A stretch of 25,625 bases of DNA from a virus. Taxonomy: Duplodnaviria; Heunggongvirae; Uroviricota; Caudoviricetes. Within the stretch, counting starts at the first letter, position 1, and every line of letters starts with the position of its first letter. Of the stretch, positions 9,647 to 17,726 are shown one piece after another. Both the position numbers and the translations under genes were made by a program. Location of the stretch: IMG/VR virus record IMGVR_UViG_2531839476_000020. One strand, given 5' to 3'. The notes under the pieces are model-generated. The model was given only the letters and a program-made list of their open reading frames with translations. It was not told where the DNA came from and searched no databases.

Positions 9647-9743
9647 ATAAAAACGTACTACTTCCCTAGTACACATGAGGAGTTGGGTCAGTTGGTTGCC
9701 AACCTGAACAGGCACCTTTAAGCCTGCTTCTGTTCGGGTACCT

Positions 9744-10052
9744 TTAAACCCGAAACAGTGAGGAGCGCGATTGCGATCCAGCCAGGGGAGGTTCGGCTGT
9801 ATACCCCTGTAAAGCTCTGCCCTGATTTCTTACAAACAGGCGGAGCCTTGTGTTTGCTTCGTGCCTTGCTCTGTTCTCCTTGCGGAATGAAACAGGCTCA
9901 GCGTCAAAAGTGATTTCGTATACCTCCGCATATTTCAGGGCAACCTTCCGTCTCAGTGACGGAGGCAGCCCCTGTAACTGCTGCTGAATCCACTCTTCGT
10001 CTGCCTGGCAGTACCTAGATGGCATCTCTGTCTGAACGTAATTCTGGGACAT
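9744..10052 (-). CDS. hypothetical protein, 102 aa, downstream of cro-like gene (cII-position ORF)
   Basis: ORF overlapping the cro-like 3' end by 38 nt; no recognisable motif and a low-complexity C-terminal tail. Confidence 0.35.
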   Translation of the reverse strand: MSQNYVQTEMPSRYCQADEEWIQQQLQGLPPSLRRKVALKYAEVYEITFDAEPVSFRKENRARHEANTRLRLFVRNQGRALQGYTAEPPLAGSQSRSSLFRV

Positions 10053-10302
10053 ACAAGCCCTTCACCTCCCCCGTGCGCGCTAAGCTTGGATGTGGAAAAA
10101 GCTCTGGTAGGTCTGGCCGAAATTCATACGCTTGGATCTTTCCGTCGACAGCTGCAACCAATAACGGCACAAATTCTGGTGAAATCTTGTTCTTGCAGTT
10201 CAACCAATCGCAGACTGTTGACTGGGCCTTTCCGCATCGCTTGGCTAAGGCTTGCTGACTTCCAAGAATCTCAATAGCTTTCTCTATGGCTTTATGTTTC
10301 AT
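10015..10302 (-). CDS. Cro-like HTH regulator
   Basis: Start chosen at MKHKAIEKAIEILGSQQALAKRCGKAQSTVCDWLN (RBS AGGAG 7 nt upstream). HTH motif present; divergent from the cI-like gene. Confidence 0.65.
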   Translation of the reverse strand: MKHKAIEKAIEILGSQQALAKRCGKAQSTVCDWLNCKNKISPEFVPLLVAAVDGKIQAYEFRPDLPELFPHPSLARTGEVKGLYVPELRSDRDAI

Positions 10303-10324
10303 AATCGCATCTCCTATTGAACGC

Positions 10325-10353
10325 ATAATAACAACAGGAAAAGCGATATTCAA
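10325..10353 (-). promoter_or_regulatory. PR-like sigma70 promoter for the cro-like/early-right operon
   Basis: Minus strand TTGAAT (10353-10348), 17-nt spacer, TATTAT (10330-10325), about 25 nt upstream of the cro-like RBS. Confidence 0.5.
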
Positions 10354-10367
10354 CGTTAAACATAGAA

Positions 10368-10389
10368 TATTTATCGGAAAGCCGATAAA
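10368..10389. promoter_or_regulatory. operator-like palindrome between cro-like and cI-like genes
   Basis: TTTATCGG-AAAG-CCGATAAA perfect 8-bp inverted repeat in the divergent promoter region. Confidence 0.5.
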
Positions 10390-10421
10390 CTAGCCAAGAT
10401 AGAGAGGGGAGGAAAATCGCA

Positions 10422-11114
10422 ATGACATTTTCAGAACGACTTGATTTAGCTATGCGCAACGCAAAATTTACGCAAGGTAGGCTGGCCAAAGAAGTGGGTA
10501 TGGCTCAGTCCAGTGTTAATCAACTACTTAACAAAGCCAACGGTTCCAGAAAAACAGTCGAAATAGCAAAAGTTTTGGGCGTTAACCCGGAATGGCTCGC
10601 ATCGGGTGTTGGCCCAATGGAAATCGTGACCTCTGCAGACTCACACCAAATACGTAACATTTCTGAAGATTGGGTTACTGATTCGTATGTCGTGGATGTT
10701 TTAGACATCAGATATAGTTGCGGACCTGGTAGTTATAACTCTGATTTTCCTGATATTGTCAGATCTATAGCGATAGAACCAGGATACGCATCAAGAGTTT
10801 TTGGCGGCAGACCAGCATCAGCAATCAAAGCAATAAACGCCCACGGCGACAGTATGAAAGGCACAATAGACCCTGAAGACTTGGTATTTGTAGATGTATC
10901 AGTTCGCACATTTAATGGTGATGGTATATACGCCTTTACATACTCTGGAACATCGCACATCAAAAGACTTCAAAAAATCAAAGATACTCTAACGGTGATA
11001 TCTGACAACCCAGCTTACAAGGATTGGGCTATCGAACCGGAAGACTTCGAACAACTTCACATTGACGGAAAAGTAATTGTCAGTTGGCCTATGACACTAC
11101 ACCGTTTTGCATAA
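10422..11114 (+). CDS. CI-type prophage repressor (N-terminal HTH + C-terminal S24/LexA-like peptidase)
   Basis: 230 aa; HTH LAKEVGMAQSSVNQLL; C-terminal GDSM serine motif and downstream Lys typical of autocleaving repressors; RBS GGAGG. Confidence 0.9.
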   Translation: MTFSERLDLAMRNAKFTQGRLAKEVGMAQSSVNQLLNKANGSRKTVEIAKVLGVNPEWLASGVGPMEIVTSADSHQIRNISEDWVTDSYVVDVLDIRYSCGPGSYNSDFPDIVRSIAIEPGYASRVFGGRPASAIKAINAHGDSMKGTIDPEDLVFVDVSVRTFNGDGIYAFTYSGTSHIKRLQKIKDTLTVISDNPAYKDWAIEPEDFEQLHIDGKVIVSWPMTLHRFA

Positions 11115-11132
11115 GCAAAAATCATTTAACCC

Positions 11133-11158
11133 GCCCACTCTTAAGTGGGCTTTTTTTT
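11133..11158 (+). terminator. intrinsic terminator after the cI-like gene
   Basis: GCCCACT-CTTA-AGTGGGC hairpin followed by TTTTTTTT. Confidence 0.6.
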
Positions 11159-11179
11159 GGGAAAAAATCGATAAACCGA

Positions 11180-11208
11180 TTGACAGGTGAAATCGGTAAA
11201 CCTATTAT
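11180..11208 (+). promoter_or_regulatory. PL-like sigma70 promoter with flanking operator-type inverted repeat
   Basis: TTGACA (11180-11185), 17-nt spacer, TATTAT (11203-11208). ACCGAT ... ATCGGT arms bracket the -35 and share the CCGAT/ATCGG motif with the operator at 10368-10389. Confidence 0.55.
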
Positions 11209-11257
11209 CTTGACATAGGTATCGAACTCACCAAAGCAATTATAGAGGATGAGAAAA

Positions 11258-11668
11258 ATGTCATCGTATATGGGATTACCAACAAATCAGCACGATGCTC
11301 TTGAGAATATTCAGCTCTTAGTAGGGACTGGTGCACTACTGTATAGCAGCAATAACCCTGAGTTAATTGAACTTGCCAGCTCCATCCTGGCTGTAACTCA
11401 AAAATATAGCCTCACCGCGTCACGTTTATGCAAACAAAATTTAGCTATTAATTCCCAGAATCGGATTCGCACCCAACGCGAAACCTGCGGCTTAACAACC
11501 GCCGAACTCGCTAGGCTGCTCGATCTCGATGAAGAAATTATCATCCAGTGGGAGAGCGGAGAGTACGAACCAACCATCAGCATGCTTATCCCTCTGGCTA
11601 ATGTTCTTGGCTGTGATCCAATGTTGTTATTGACTGATGCTTATAAACAAAATCAGGAGGAAGCATAA
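11258..11668 (+). CDS. HTH (XRE-family) domain protein, first gene of the PL-like operon
   Basis: C-terminal TQRETCGLTTAELARLLDLDEEIIIQWESGEYEPTISMLIPLANVLG is an XRE-type HTH; RBS AGAGGA upstream of the second ATG. Confidence 0.65.
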   Translation: MSSYMGLPTNQHDALENIQLLVGTGALLYSSNNPELIELASSILAVTQKYSLTASRLCKQNLAINSQNRIRTQRETCGLTTAELARLLDLDEEIIIQWESGEYEPTISMLIPLANVLGCDPMLLLTDAYKQNQEEA

Positions 11669-11669
11669 G

Positions 11670-11861
11670 ATGAAAATGTTCAAAGGCCTTACCAACGAAC
11701 CGGAGACAACTTTTCATCACATTGCCGTACTGCTTGAAGCGGGGTTAATCATTTCGGCTTCCGGTGATGAAGAATGTGATGAACTTTCGGATGATATCTT
11801 TTTACTGGCACAACAATACGCCAGAAGCGCATGCGATGCATTTAAGGAGCAAAGAACATGA
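11670..11861 (+). CDS. hypothetical acidic small protein (64 aa)
   Basis: RBS AGGAGG before ATG at 11670; tightly packed with neighbours. Confidence 0.5.
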   Translation: MKMFKGLTNEPETTFHHIAVLLEAGLIISASGDEECDELSDDIFLLAQQYARSACDAFKEQRT

Positions 11862-12049
11862 AAACTCCATTAAATATTCTTGAGGAAGTGGCAGCACAAA
11901 TAAAAGAGAATACATCAATGCTTGAATTTATATTTAAGAATTCGCCCGACTCAGGAGAGACAGACGATTATTTATGTTGCCTCATTCGCTCCATGAATAA
12001 AACCTGTGAAATGGCTTACGCGTATATCGACACACTGCGCAACGAATAA
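11858..12049 (+). CDS. hypothetical small protein (63 aa)
   Basis: ATGA start/stop overlap with the previous gene; RBS AAGGAG. Confidence 0.5.
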   Translation: MKTPLNILEEVAAQIKENTSMLEFIFKNSPDSGETDDYLCCLIRSMNKTCEMAYAYIDTLRNE

Positions 12050-12233
12050 AGAAAACTCAATAAACAATCACCCATAAAAACATAACGGTCTCTGGTCGGG
12101 AATTTCCACAACCTGAAAATGGTGGTGATGCATGAAAAACAGAAGTGCTTATAAAACCGCATTATTAATGGCTAATGCAGGATACTGGTCAGTTGCAATA
12201 CTGTTTCTCAGGAAAGCATACGGGAAATAACAA

Positions 12234-12593
12234 ATGACACATGAACCCATTAATACATATCGTCGCCGTATAGCTGTTGCGGCACTCCATCGAATAAAAC
12301 GTAAAACAGGTGGTAATCTGCTTATTGTTGACCTTCCTGATGGGAACATTACGACCATAGAAATAACTGAACAGTTTATAAACCAGTTGCTGTTACGCTT
12401 CGAAGGTATTACCCGTGGTGAATTGGGCCGGGTGGAGGGTGAAACCGAAATCCACACTGCATACCAGAATGCTATCGGGATTAATCAACATACTGAATAC
12501 CTGACTGAAACCGGAAAGTTAATTATAGACAACCTTTTTCAAGAGATTATTGATTACGCGAAAGAAAAATATATCAGCGGAGGAATTAACTGA
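12234..12593 (+). CDS. hypothetical protein (119 aa)
   Basis: ORF coupled (ATGA overlap) to the downstream gene. Confidence 0.5.
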   Translation: MTHEPINTYRRRIAVAALHRIKRKTGGNLLIVDLPDGNITTIEITEQFINQLLLRFEGITRGELGRVEGETEIHTAYQNAIGINQHTEYLTETGKLIIDNLFQEIIDYAKEKYISGGIN

Positions 12594-12808
12594 TGGCTAA
12601 TTTATCCCCTGTATCTGTTGTGCACGAAAAAGTGCAGATCGTTATGACAATTGAAAATGGCCAAGTCACAGGTGTCTGCAAAGTCCGCGATGGCGAGCTG
12701 ATTGCCAGCATGGATACATTCATACGGCTGGCAGAAAGAGCGGGGTATCAGATAACAGCACCTGCTCAGGAGGAAACCGGTGGCATTAACAGCAACACGC
12801 ATTCCTGA
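12593..12808 (+). CDS. hypothetical protein (71 aa)
   Basis: RBS GGAGG; start overlaps the upstream stop. Confidence 0.5.
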   Translation: MANLSPVSVVHEKVQIVMTIENGQVTGVCKVRDGELIASMDTFIRLAERAGYQITAPAQEETGGINSNTHS

Positions 12809-12994
12809 GCGGATCCACCGGCAGGCATTGCAGGTCCTGTTGTTGTACCGATGCCGACGGATATTTCCGCATCGGATACAGCGCACCGGATATCTCAGTC
12901 TGAAGGTTAACCGTCGCTGGCGGCTGTTATCGAAAGACGACGGCCGGAACTGGGAAGTAATGAGTCATGAACGTTATTCGGGAGAAATAAAGAA

Positions 12995-13387
12995 ATGATC
13001 GACAACCGCACCGCCAGCACCATTGACCAGGCATTACAGAAACATGATACACCCGTCGGCCCGTTATTTTTTGTAACACGCCACGGAAGAACAAAAAAAT
13101 GCCTCACCCGAAAAACGGCAATTCGTTACCTGGCATTCTTTATGACCACCCGCGCTTTTGAACGTTCAGGATTCCGACAACGCTATCCTGACAAGCGTTT
13201 TATCTTCAACAGGAATGAGATATGGAAACGTGGAGAATCAACCACAGAGTATACCCGCGCACACCAGCGAACAATCAGACGACTGCGCAGACTCATCGCC
13301 AGGAAACAGTATACAGAAAAATGGTTCAGAAAATATGACACATGGAGCGCCGGATATTACGAACTGATGGCAACAAAACCATTCTGA
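12995..13387 (+). CDS. hypothetical highly basic protein (130 aa)
   Basis: RBS GGGAGA; Arg/Lys-rich, suggesting nucleic-acid binding. Confidence 0.5.
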   Translation: MIDNRTASTIDQALQKHDTPVGPLFFVTRHGRTKKCLTRKTAIRYLAFFMTTRAFERSGFRQRYPDKRFIFNRNEIWKRGESTTEYTRAHQRTIRRLRRLIARKQYTEKWFRKYDTWSAGYYELMATKPF

Positions 13388-13447
13388 CGTAAACGAAATT
13401 AACCATGACGCAATTAAATAAGGCAAGCCGAATACATCAGGAGGACC

Positions 13448-13636
13448 ATGAACATTTATTTCAGAATAGTTATATCACTGGCAATTATCACATGTATTTA
13501 CGGATTAATCGTTCCGGCCCTCATATCAATGAAGGATACGGTAGCAGTGATTTCTGGCTTTGCTCTGGCGTGTCTGACCCCGCCCTGCATTTATGCCATT
13601 TATAAGGGTCTTTCTTTTTCTAAGGATAAAAGATGA
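13448..13636 (+). CDS. small two-helix membrane protein (62 aa), coupled to the SPFH lipoprotein gene
   Basis: RBS AGGAGG; two hydrophobic segments (IVISLAIITCIYGLIVPALI and VISGFALACLTPPCIYAIY); stop overlaps the next start (ATGA). Confidence 0.55.
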   Translation: MNIYFRIVISLAIITCIYGLIVPALISMKDTVAVISGFALACLTPPCIYAIYKGLSFSKDKR

Positions 13637-14460
13637 AAAAATTACTTTTTGCTTTAGCCCTTGTTCTGCCGACCATTGGCCTTGTCGGTTGCGATCGCGT
13701 TGAGCCTGGTAATGTGGGCATCAAAGTAAACAAACTGGGCGACGATAAAGGCGTCGGTGAAGTGGTCGGTGTTGGGCGCTACTGGACGGGATGGAACACT
13801 GAGGTTTACATCTTCCCGACCTTTAAGCAGATGAAGACCTACGATGATCCATTCAGTTTCCAGATGAGTGACGGTACAACCATCGGCTATCACATCGGCG
13901 TGGCCTACAAAGTTGATCCATCCAAAGTTACCACAGTCTTTCAGACCTACCGCAAAGGCGTGGACGACATTACCGACACCGACCTGCGCCAGAAGATAGC
14001 CGACGCACTCAACCGACTGGCCAGCAAAATGACCACCGACAAATTTATCGACGGCGGCAAGTCTGAGCTGCTGGATGCAGCTCTTAAAGACATTCAGGAA
14101 GAAATGACGCCCATCGGTATTCAGGTAATGAGCCTCTCATATGTGGGTAAGCCGGAGTACCCACCTACTGTTATCGACAGCATTAATGCCAAAGTCACGG
14201 CGAACCAGAAAACCCTGCAACGCGAGCAGGAAGTAAAACAGCGCGAAGCGGAAGCCAACATGTTGCGCGCGGAAGCTGCCGGACAGGCAGATGCGATTCG
14301 CACAAAAGCCCAGGCCGAAGCCGATGCTATTCGTTTACGCGGTGAAGCTCTGCGCCAGAACCCCGGTGTTATGGAGCTGGAAGCCATCAACAAGTGGAAC
14401 GGTACACTGCCGCAATACATGACCAGCGGTGCCAACACACCATTTATTCAGGTTAAGTAA
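13633..14460 (+). CDS. SPFH/band-7 (prohibitin-like) domain lipoprotein
   Basis: Lipoprotein signal MKKLLFALALVLPTIGLVGC (lipobox LVGC); SPFH-like core and an Ala/Glu/Arg-rich coiled-coil tail QREQEVKQREAEANMLRAEAAGQADAIRTKAQAEADAIRLRGEALRQ. Confidence 0.75.
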   Translation: MKKLLFALALVLPTIGLVGCDRVEPGNVGIKVNKLGDDKGVGEVVGVGRYWTGWNTEVYIFPTFKQMKTYDDPFSFQMSDGTTIGYHIGVAYKVDPSKVTTVFQTYRKGVDDITDTDLRQKIADALNRLASKMTTDKFIDGGKSELLDAALKDIQEEMTPIGIQVMSLSYVGKPEYPPTVIDSINAKVTANQKTLQREQEVKQREAEANMLRAEAAGQADAIRTKAQAEADAIRLRGEALRQNPGVMELEAINKWNGTLPQYMTSGANTPFIQVK

Positions 14461-14503
14461 TACATATGCCCGGTATTACACGCCGGGCTGTCTGGAGATA
14501 AAA

Positions 14504-15253
14504 ATGAATATTGTAACCATCAACAACAAACAGTTTCCGGTAATCGAATATCGCGGTCAGCGTGTTGTGACATTTGCAATAATTGATGACGTCCACCAGC
14601 GCCCGGAAGGTACCGCCCGTGCTGCGTTTAACCGCAACCGTTCTCACTTTATCGAAGGGGTGGATTTTCTTGAAATGACTGCGGACGTAATACGTACGGA
14701 GTCACTTTCTGATGCCTTTGCCGCGCGAACTGCCAAAGGGATCATTCTTTTCGAGTCTGGTTACCTGATGTTGACGAAGCCTTTTAACGATGCTCTTGCA
14801 TGGCAGGTTCAGCGCGAACTGGTTAACAGCTATTTCCGAACTCACGCGCCGCTGACGGAAATGGAGATGATCGCTGCAATGGCCGCCGATGCCGTTCGCC
14901 AGCAGAAGCGCCTGAGTCATGTTGAAGAGAAGATCGAAACGGTCACCAAAGCTGTGGAGAACATCAAACGCGGCACAATGCGCACCGGATATGTCGGTTA
15001 CCGCCAGGTGGTAGCCAAAAGCGGAATGAGTGACGCCAAGTGTCGGAATCTGGTCAACGCCTACCACATCCCTACCGACACGCACGAATTTATGACTCCG
15101 GACGGTCTGTTGTCTCGCAGGGCTGTCGTCGAGCTTGAGACATTTATGGCGGCGTTCCACCAAATGATGTCAGAGGCTGAACCACGCGGCACACGCTGGT
15201 ATCACCCGAAGATGGGGCTTTTTCAGGTAATCGGATGGGAGGATAAAGCATGA
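14504..15253 (+). CDS. ORF6N/KilA-N domain protein (antirepressor-like)
   Basis: Start at MNIVTINNKQFPVIEYRGQRVVTFAIIDDVH (RBS GGAG); N-terminal domain typical of phage ORF6N/KilA-N DNA-binding modules. Confidence 0.65.
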   Translation: MNIVTINNKQFPVIEYRGQRVVTFAIIDDVHQRPEGTARAAFNRNRSHFIEGVDFLEMTADVIRTESLSDAFAARTAKGIILFESGYLMLTKPFNDALAWQVQRELVNSYFRTHAPLTEMEMIAAMAADAVRQQKRLSHVEEKIETVTKAVENIKRGTMRTGYVGYRQVVAKSGMSDAKCRNLVNAYHIPTDTHEFMTPDGLLSRRAVVELETFMAAFHQMMSEAEPRGTRWYHPKMGLFQVIGWEDKA

Positions 15254-15818
15254 TCATCCAGTCAAAACTTATTCGCGCCGCTCTGGTGTGCGCTGCTAAA
15301 AACGACGTTCGTTATTACCTGAACGGTCTTCACATCACGCCAAAACATATTGAGGCAACCAATGGTTTCGTAGCACTGCGCATGACTCACGGCATCCGGA
15401 CGAAGAAAAACATCATTGTCCAGTTCGAAGGTGGCGTCCCGGCCAAAGCCGAAACGACAGAGCTGATTTTTAGTAAAGAGCCGATCCTGTTCATCGCGAC
15501 CAGTTTCAGCGCCGGCTGTCCATTACCGGCATTAAATTGGTGGACGGTTGTTTTCCGGATTTGGAACGCATCATTCCGAAAAAATTTGACCTCTGTACAC
15601 ACCCGGTGATCCAGGCGGGTTACCTGAGTTATCCAGAGAAGATGTTTGGTCGTGAGCGTAAATTTATTCCCGTCCAGTTACGTTCCTCCGGTGACGGGCA
15701 AGCGGTCAGAATTCAGTTTGATTCCATCATCAACTCAATGTATGGCAATCCTGAATTTGTTGTGATGCCTTGTCGTGATCATGGCGATTTCAATGTGGCT
15801 CAGGAGCATCCGGAATGA
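15250..15818 (+). CDS. DnaN (beta sliding clamp) domain II-III-like protein, apparently split by a 1-nt frameshift near 15505-15512
   Basis: NDVRYYLNGLHI...ATNGFVALRM parallels DnaN QDVRYYLNGMLFE...TDGHRLA. The second frame ITGIKLVDGCFPDLERIIPKK parallels FTSKLVDGRFPDYRRVLPK, and the C-terminal EFVVMPCR parallels AYVVMPMR. Junction is at GCCGGCTGTCC. Confidence 0.5.
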
Positions 15819-15941
15819 AAATCGAATACCAGGACGCCGCAGGAGGTGAATCAATGAGCTGGCCTGATGCAATCGTAACTCTGGGGGTGGTATTCGCAGT
15901 AGCGTTTGTTGTGTTCTCAATTTGTCGATGGGGATAACCAC

Positions 15942-16184
15942 ATGTTCGCTTTGATTCAACGCGGTCAGATATACACGGACAGAGCCGGATACCCCGTGGT
16001 GATTACTCGCATCACTGAGCACTCAGTGTTCTTTCGACGGATGGACGGACGATCCGGGCGGGTACGCATTGGTGAGTTAAACTGCCTGTTCGAACATATT
16101 GACCACCAGGAGTACCGCAAAATTCTCGCGGACACTGAGCAGGAAAAGCACCTGAAAAAATTACGAGCCATAAAAAGGAAGTAA
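15942..16184 (+). CDS. hypothetical protein (about 80 aa)
   Basis: Start moved to MFALIQRGQIYTD; sits in the xis-proximal region. Confidence 0.45.
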   Translation: MFALIQRGQIYTDRAGYPVVITRITEHSVFFRRMDGRSGRVRIGELNCLFEHIDHQEYRKILADTEQEKHLKKLRAIKRK

Positions 16185-16186
16185 AG

Positions 16187-16336
16187 AATGAATAAAGCAT
16201 TTGAACAATGGGTCCACCAGCGTTACGGCAATCGCTATGACCTGACGCGAGATGTTGACGGCTTCTACTGTCGTGAAGTTGTGAAGCGAATGTTTGACGT
16301 GTGGTGCCACTGCCGTGGGCTGAGTGTTATGTGAGG
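16187..16336 (+). CDS. hypothetical small Cys-rich protein (49 aa), below the ORF-track length cutoff
   Basis: ATG at 16187 with RBS AAGGAAG; MNKAFEQWVHQRYGNRYDLTRDVDGFYCREVVKRMFDVWCHCRGLSVM. Confidence 0.3.
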
Positions 16337-16342
16337 TGATGT

Positions 16343-16552
16343 ATGGGGCTGGATTGCGTGCCTATATCAACCTACTGCCGCGACGCGGGAGAAACGGTTG
16401 ATGCCGTTAACAAACGGATACAAAGAGGAATATGGAAAGAAGGGGTTCATGTATTAAAAGTCGACGGAGTTAAAGAACGCTGGGTCGACTTAATAGAGGT
16501 TTCAAAATGGGCAAGAAAGAACAAGGATTATTATCTCTGCCAAGAGGAGTAA
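16343..16552 (+). CDS. excisionase-like protein
   Basis: 69-aa ORF immediately upstream of, and overlapping, the integrase gene, as in xis-int pairs. Confidence 0.55.
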   Translation: MGLDCVPISTYCRDAGETVDAVNKRIQRGIWKEGVHVLKVDGVKERWVDLIEVSKWARKNKDYYLCQEE

Positions 16553-17685
16553 CTATTCGTAAGCATAAAACTGCTTCAACACTAGTTATCACTTTCACAT
16601 ATAAAGGGGTTCTTTGCAGGGAGCCCCTGTCTCGGCTTGAGGCAAATACACGTGGTATTAAATATGCTGAGCGCCTGCTAGGGGAGATACAAAATCAGAT
16701 CGCCAGCGGAACGTTTGAATATGCGAAATATTTCCCCAGTTCCAAAAAACTGGAGTTATTCGGTGTAGTAAAGAAAACCAAAAATATTAAGTCCTATCTT
16801 GATGAATACCTGAAAATTTGCATGAACCGCAATCTGTCGCCGTCAACCATTGGCGGTTACGAAAAATGTCTATCAGCACTATCAGAACTACATAAACTAC
16901 ATGTAACAGAATTGACGCCTGCGGTACTAAAAAATTGGATAGCCAGCCGAAAAACTAAGCTGAAAACAATCAGGAATAACCTGTCATTTCTGCGCAGCGC
17001 CATTGATGAGGCTGTAACTGATGGCCTGTTGACTATTAACCCGGTAACTCTTGTCAGCGCCAGCCGGTATCACGTGGTCGACAGTAAACCGAACGCCGAC
17101 GATTACGAAGTTGATCCGTTTGCGCCTGCGGAAACCAGTGCCATATATCAGCACTGCAAGTATCAGGAATGGCAGAATCTGTTCCGCTTCGCCTTCAATA
17201 CAGGGCTACGCAGCTCTGAGCTATGCGCATTACGTTGGACCGATATCGACTTTATAGGTAATACAGCGCACATACAGGCGGCCAGTGTCGTAGGGGTACT
17301 TAAAGGCACCAAGACAAAAGCCGGTACCCGTAAGGTGGAGCTGAACAGTGAGGCGCTGGCGGCCCTGCAGGCGCAGAAGCAATACACCTTTATGAAAAGT
17401 GAGTTCATATTCAGCGATCCGAAAACGGGAGATCCCTGGACGAACGCCGACGCTATCCGTAAAAAAGCATGGGTGCCGACCCTGAAAAAAGCTGGTGTGC
17501 GCTACCGTAACCCGTACCAGACGCGCCACACATTCGCCACCAGACACATTAGCCAGGGTGTAAACCTTTTCTGGCTTGCCGGGCAGATGGGGCATAAGGG
17601 GCCGGAAATGCTGTTCCGCAATTACGGTAAATACCTGGCTGAATACGACGGGAAAACCGCAATGGAATCTGGAATGAAGAAGTGA
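16507..17685 (+). CDS. tyrosine site-specific recombinase (lambdoid prophage integrase)
   Basis: 392 aa; the C-terminal region carries the conserved residues of the tyrosine recombinase catalytic set (Arg in FNTGLRSSEL, His-x-x-Arg in TRHTFATRH, His in MGHKG, Tyr in LFRNYGKYL); N-terminal arm-type DNA-binding region. Confidence 0.9.
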   Translation: MGKKEQGLLSLPRGVTIRKHKTASTLVITFTYKGVLCREPLSRLEANTRGIKYAERLLGEIQNQIASGTFEYAKYFPSSKKLELFGVVKKTKNIKSYLDEYLKICMNRNLSPSTIGGYEKCLSALSELHKLHVTELTPAVLKNWIASRKTKLKTIRNNLSFLRSAIDEAVTDGLLTINPVTLVSASRYHVVDSKPNADDYEVDPFAPAETSAIYQHCKYQEWQNLFRFAFNTGLRSSELCALRWTDIDFIGNTAHIQAASVVGVLKGTKTKAGTRKVELNSEALAALQAQKQYTFMKSEFIFSDPKTGDPWTNADAIRKKAWVPTLKKAGVRYRNPYQTRHTFATRHISQGVNLFWLAGQMGHKGPEMLFRNYGKYLAEYDGKTAMESGMKK

Positions 17686-17697
17686 TTTGAAGAAAAA

Positions 17698-17721
17698 ACC
17701 CGGCAAATGCCGGGTCTTTTT
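17698..17721. terminator. bidirectional intrinsic terminator between convergent int and cargo genes
   Basis: CCCGGC-AAAT-GCCGGG hairpin flanked by AAAAAA upstream and TCTTTTT downstream. Confidence 0.65.
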
Positions 17722-17726
17722 GATGG

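Noticed and set aside
10292-10489. 65-aa minus-strand ORF spanning the divergent promoter region
   Set aside because: Covers the operator/promoter region and the cI-like gene start; incompatible with the better-supported cro-like and cI-like calls.
12780-12998. 72-aa + strand ORF in the 12808-12995 intergenic region
   Set aside because: Overlaps both neighbouring genes, has no RBS, and the region contains an inverted repeat (about 12845-12880) more consistent with a regulatory hairpin.
14702-15163. 153-aa minus-strand ORF
   Set aside because: Antisense and internal to the ORF6N/KilA-N gene.
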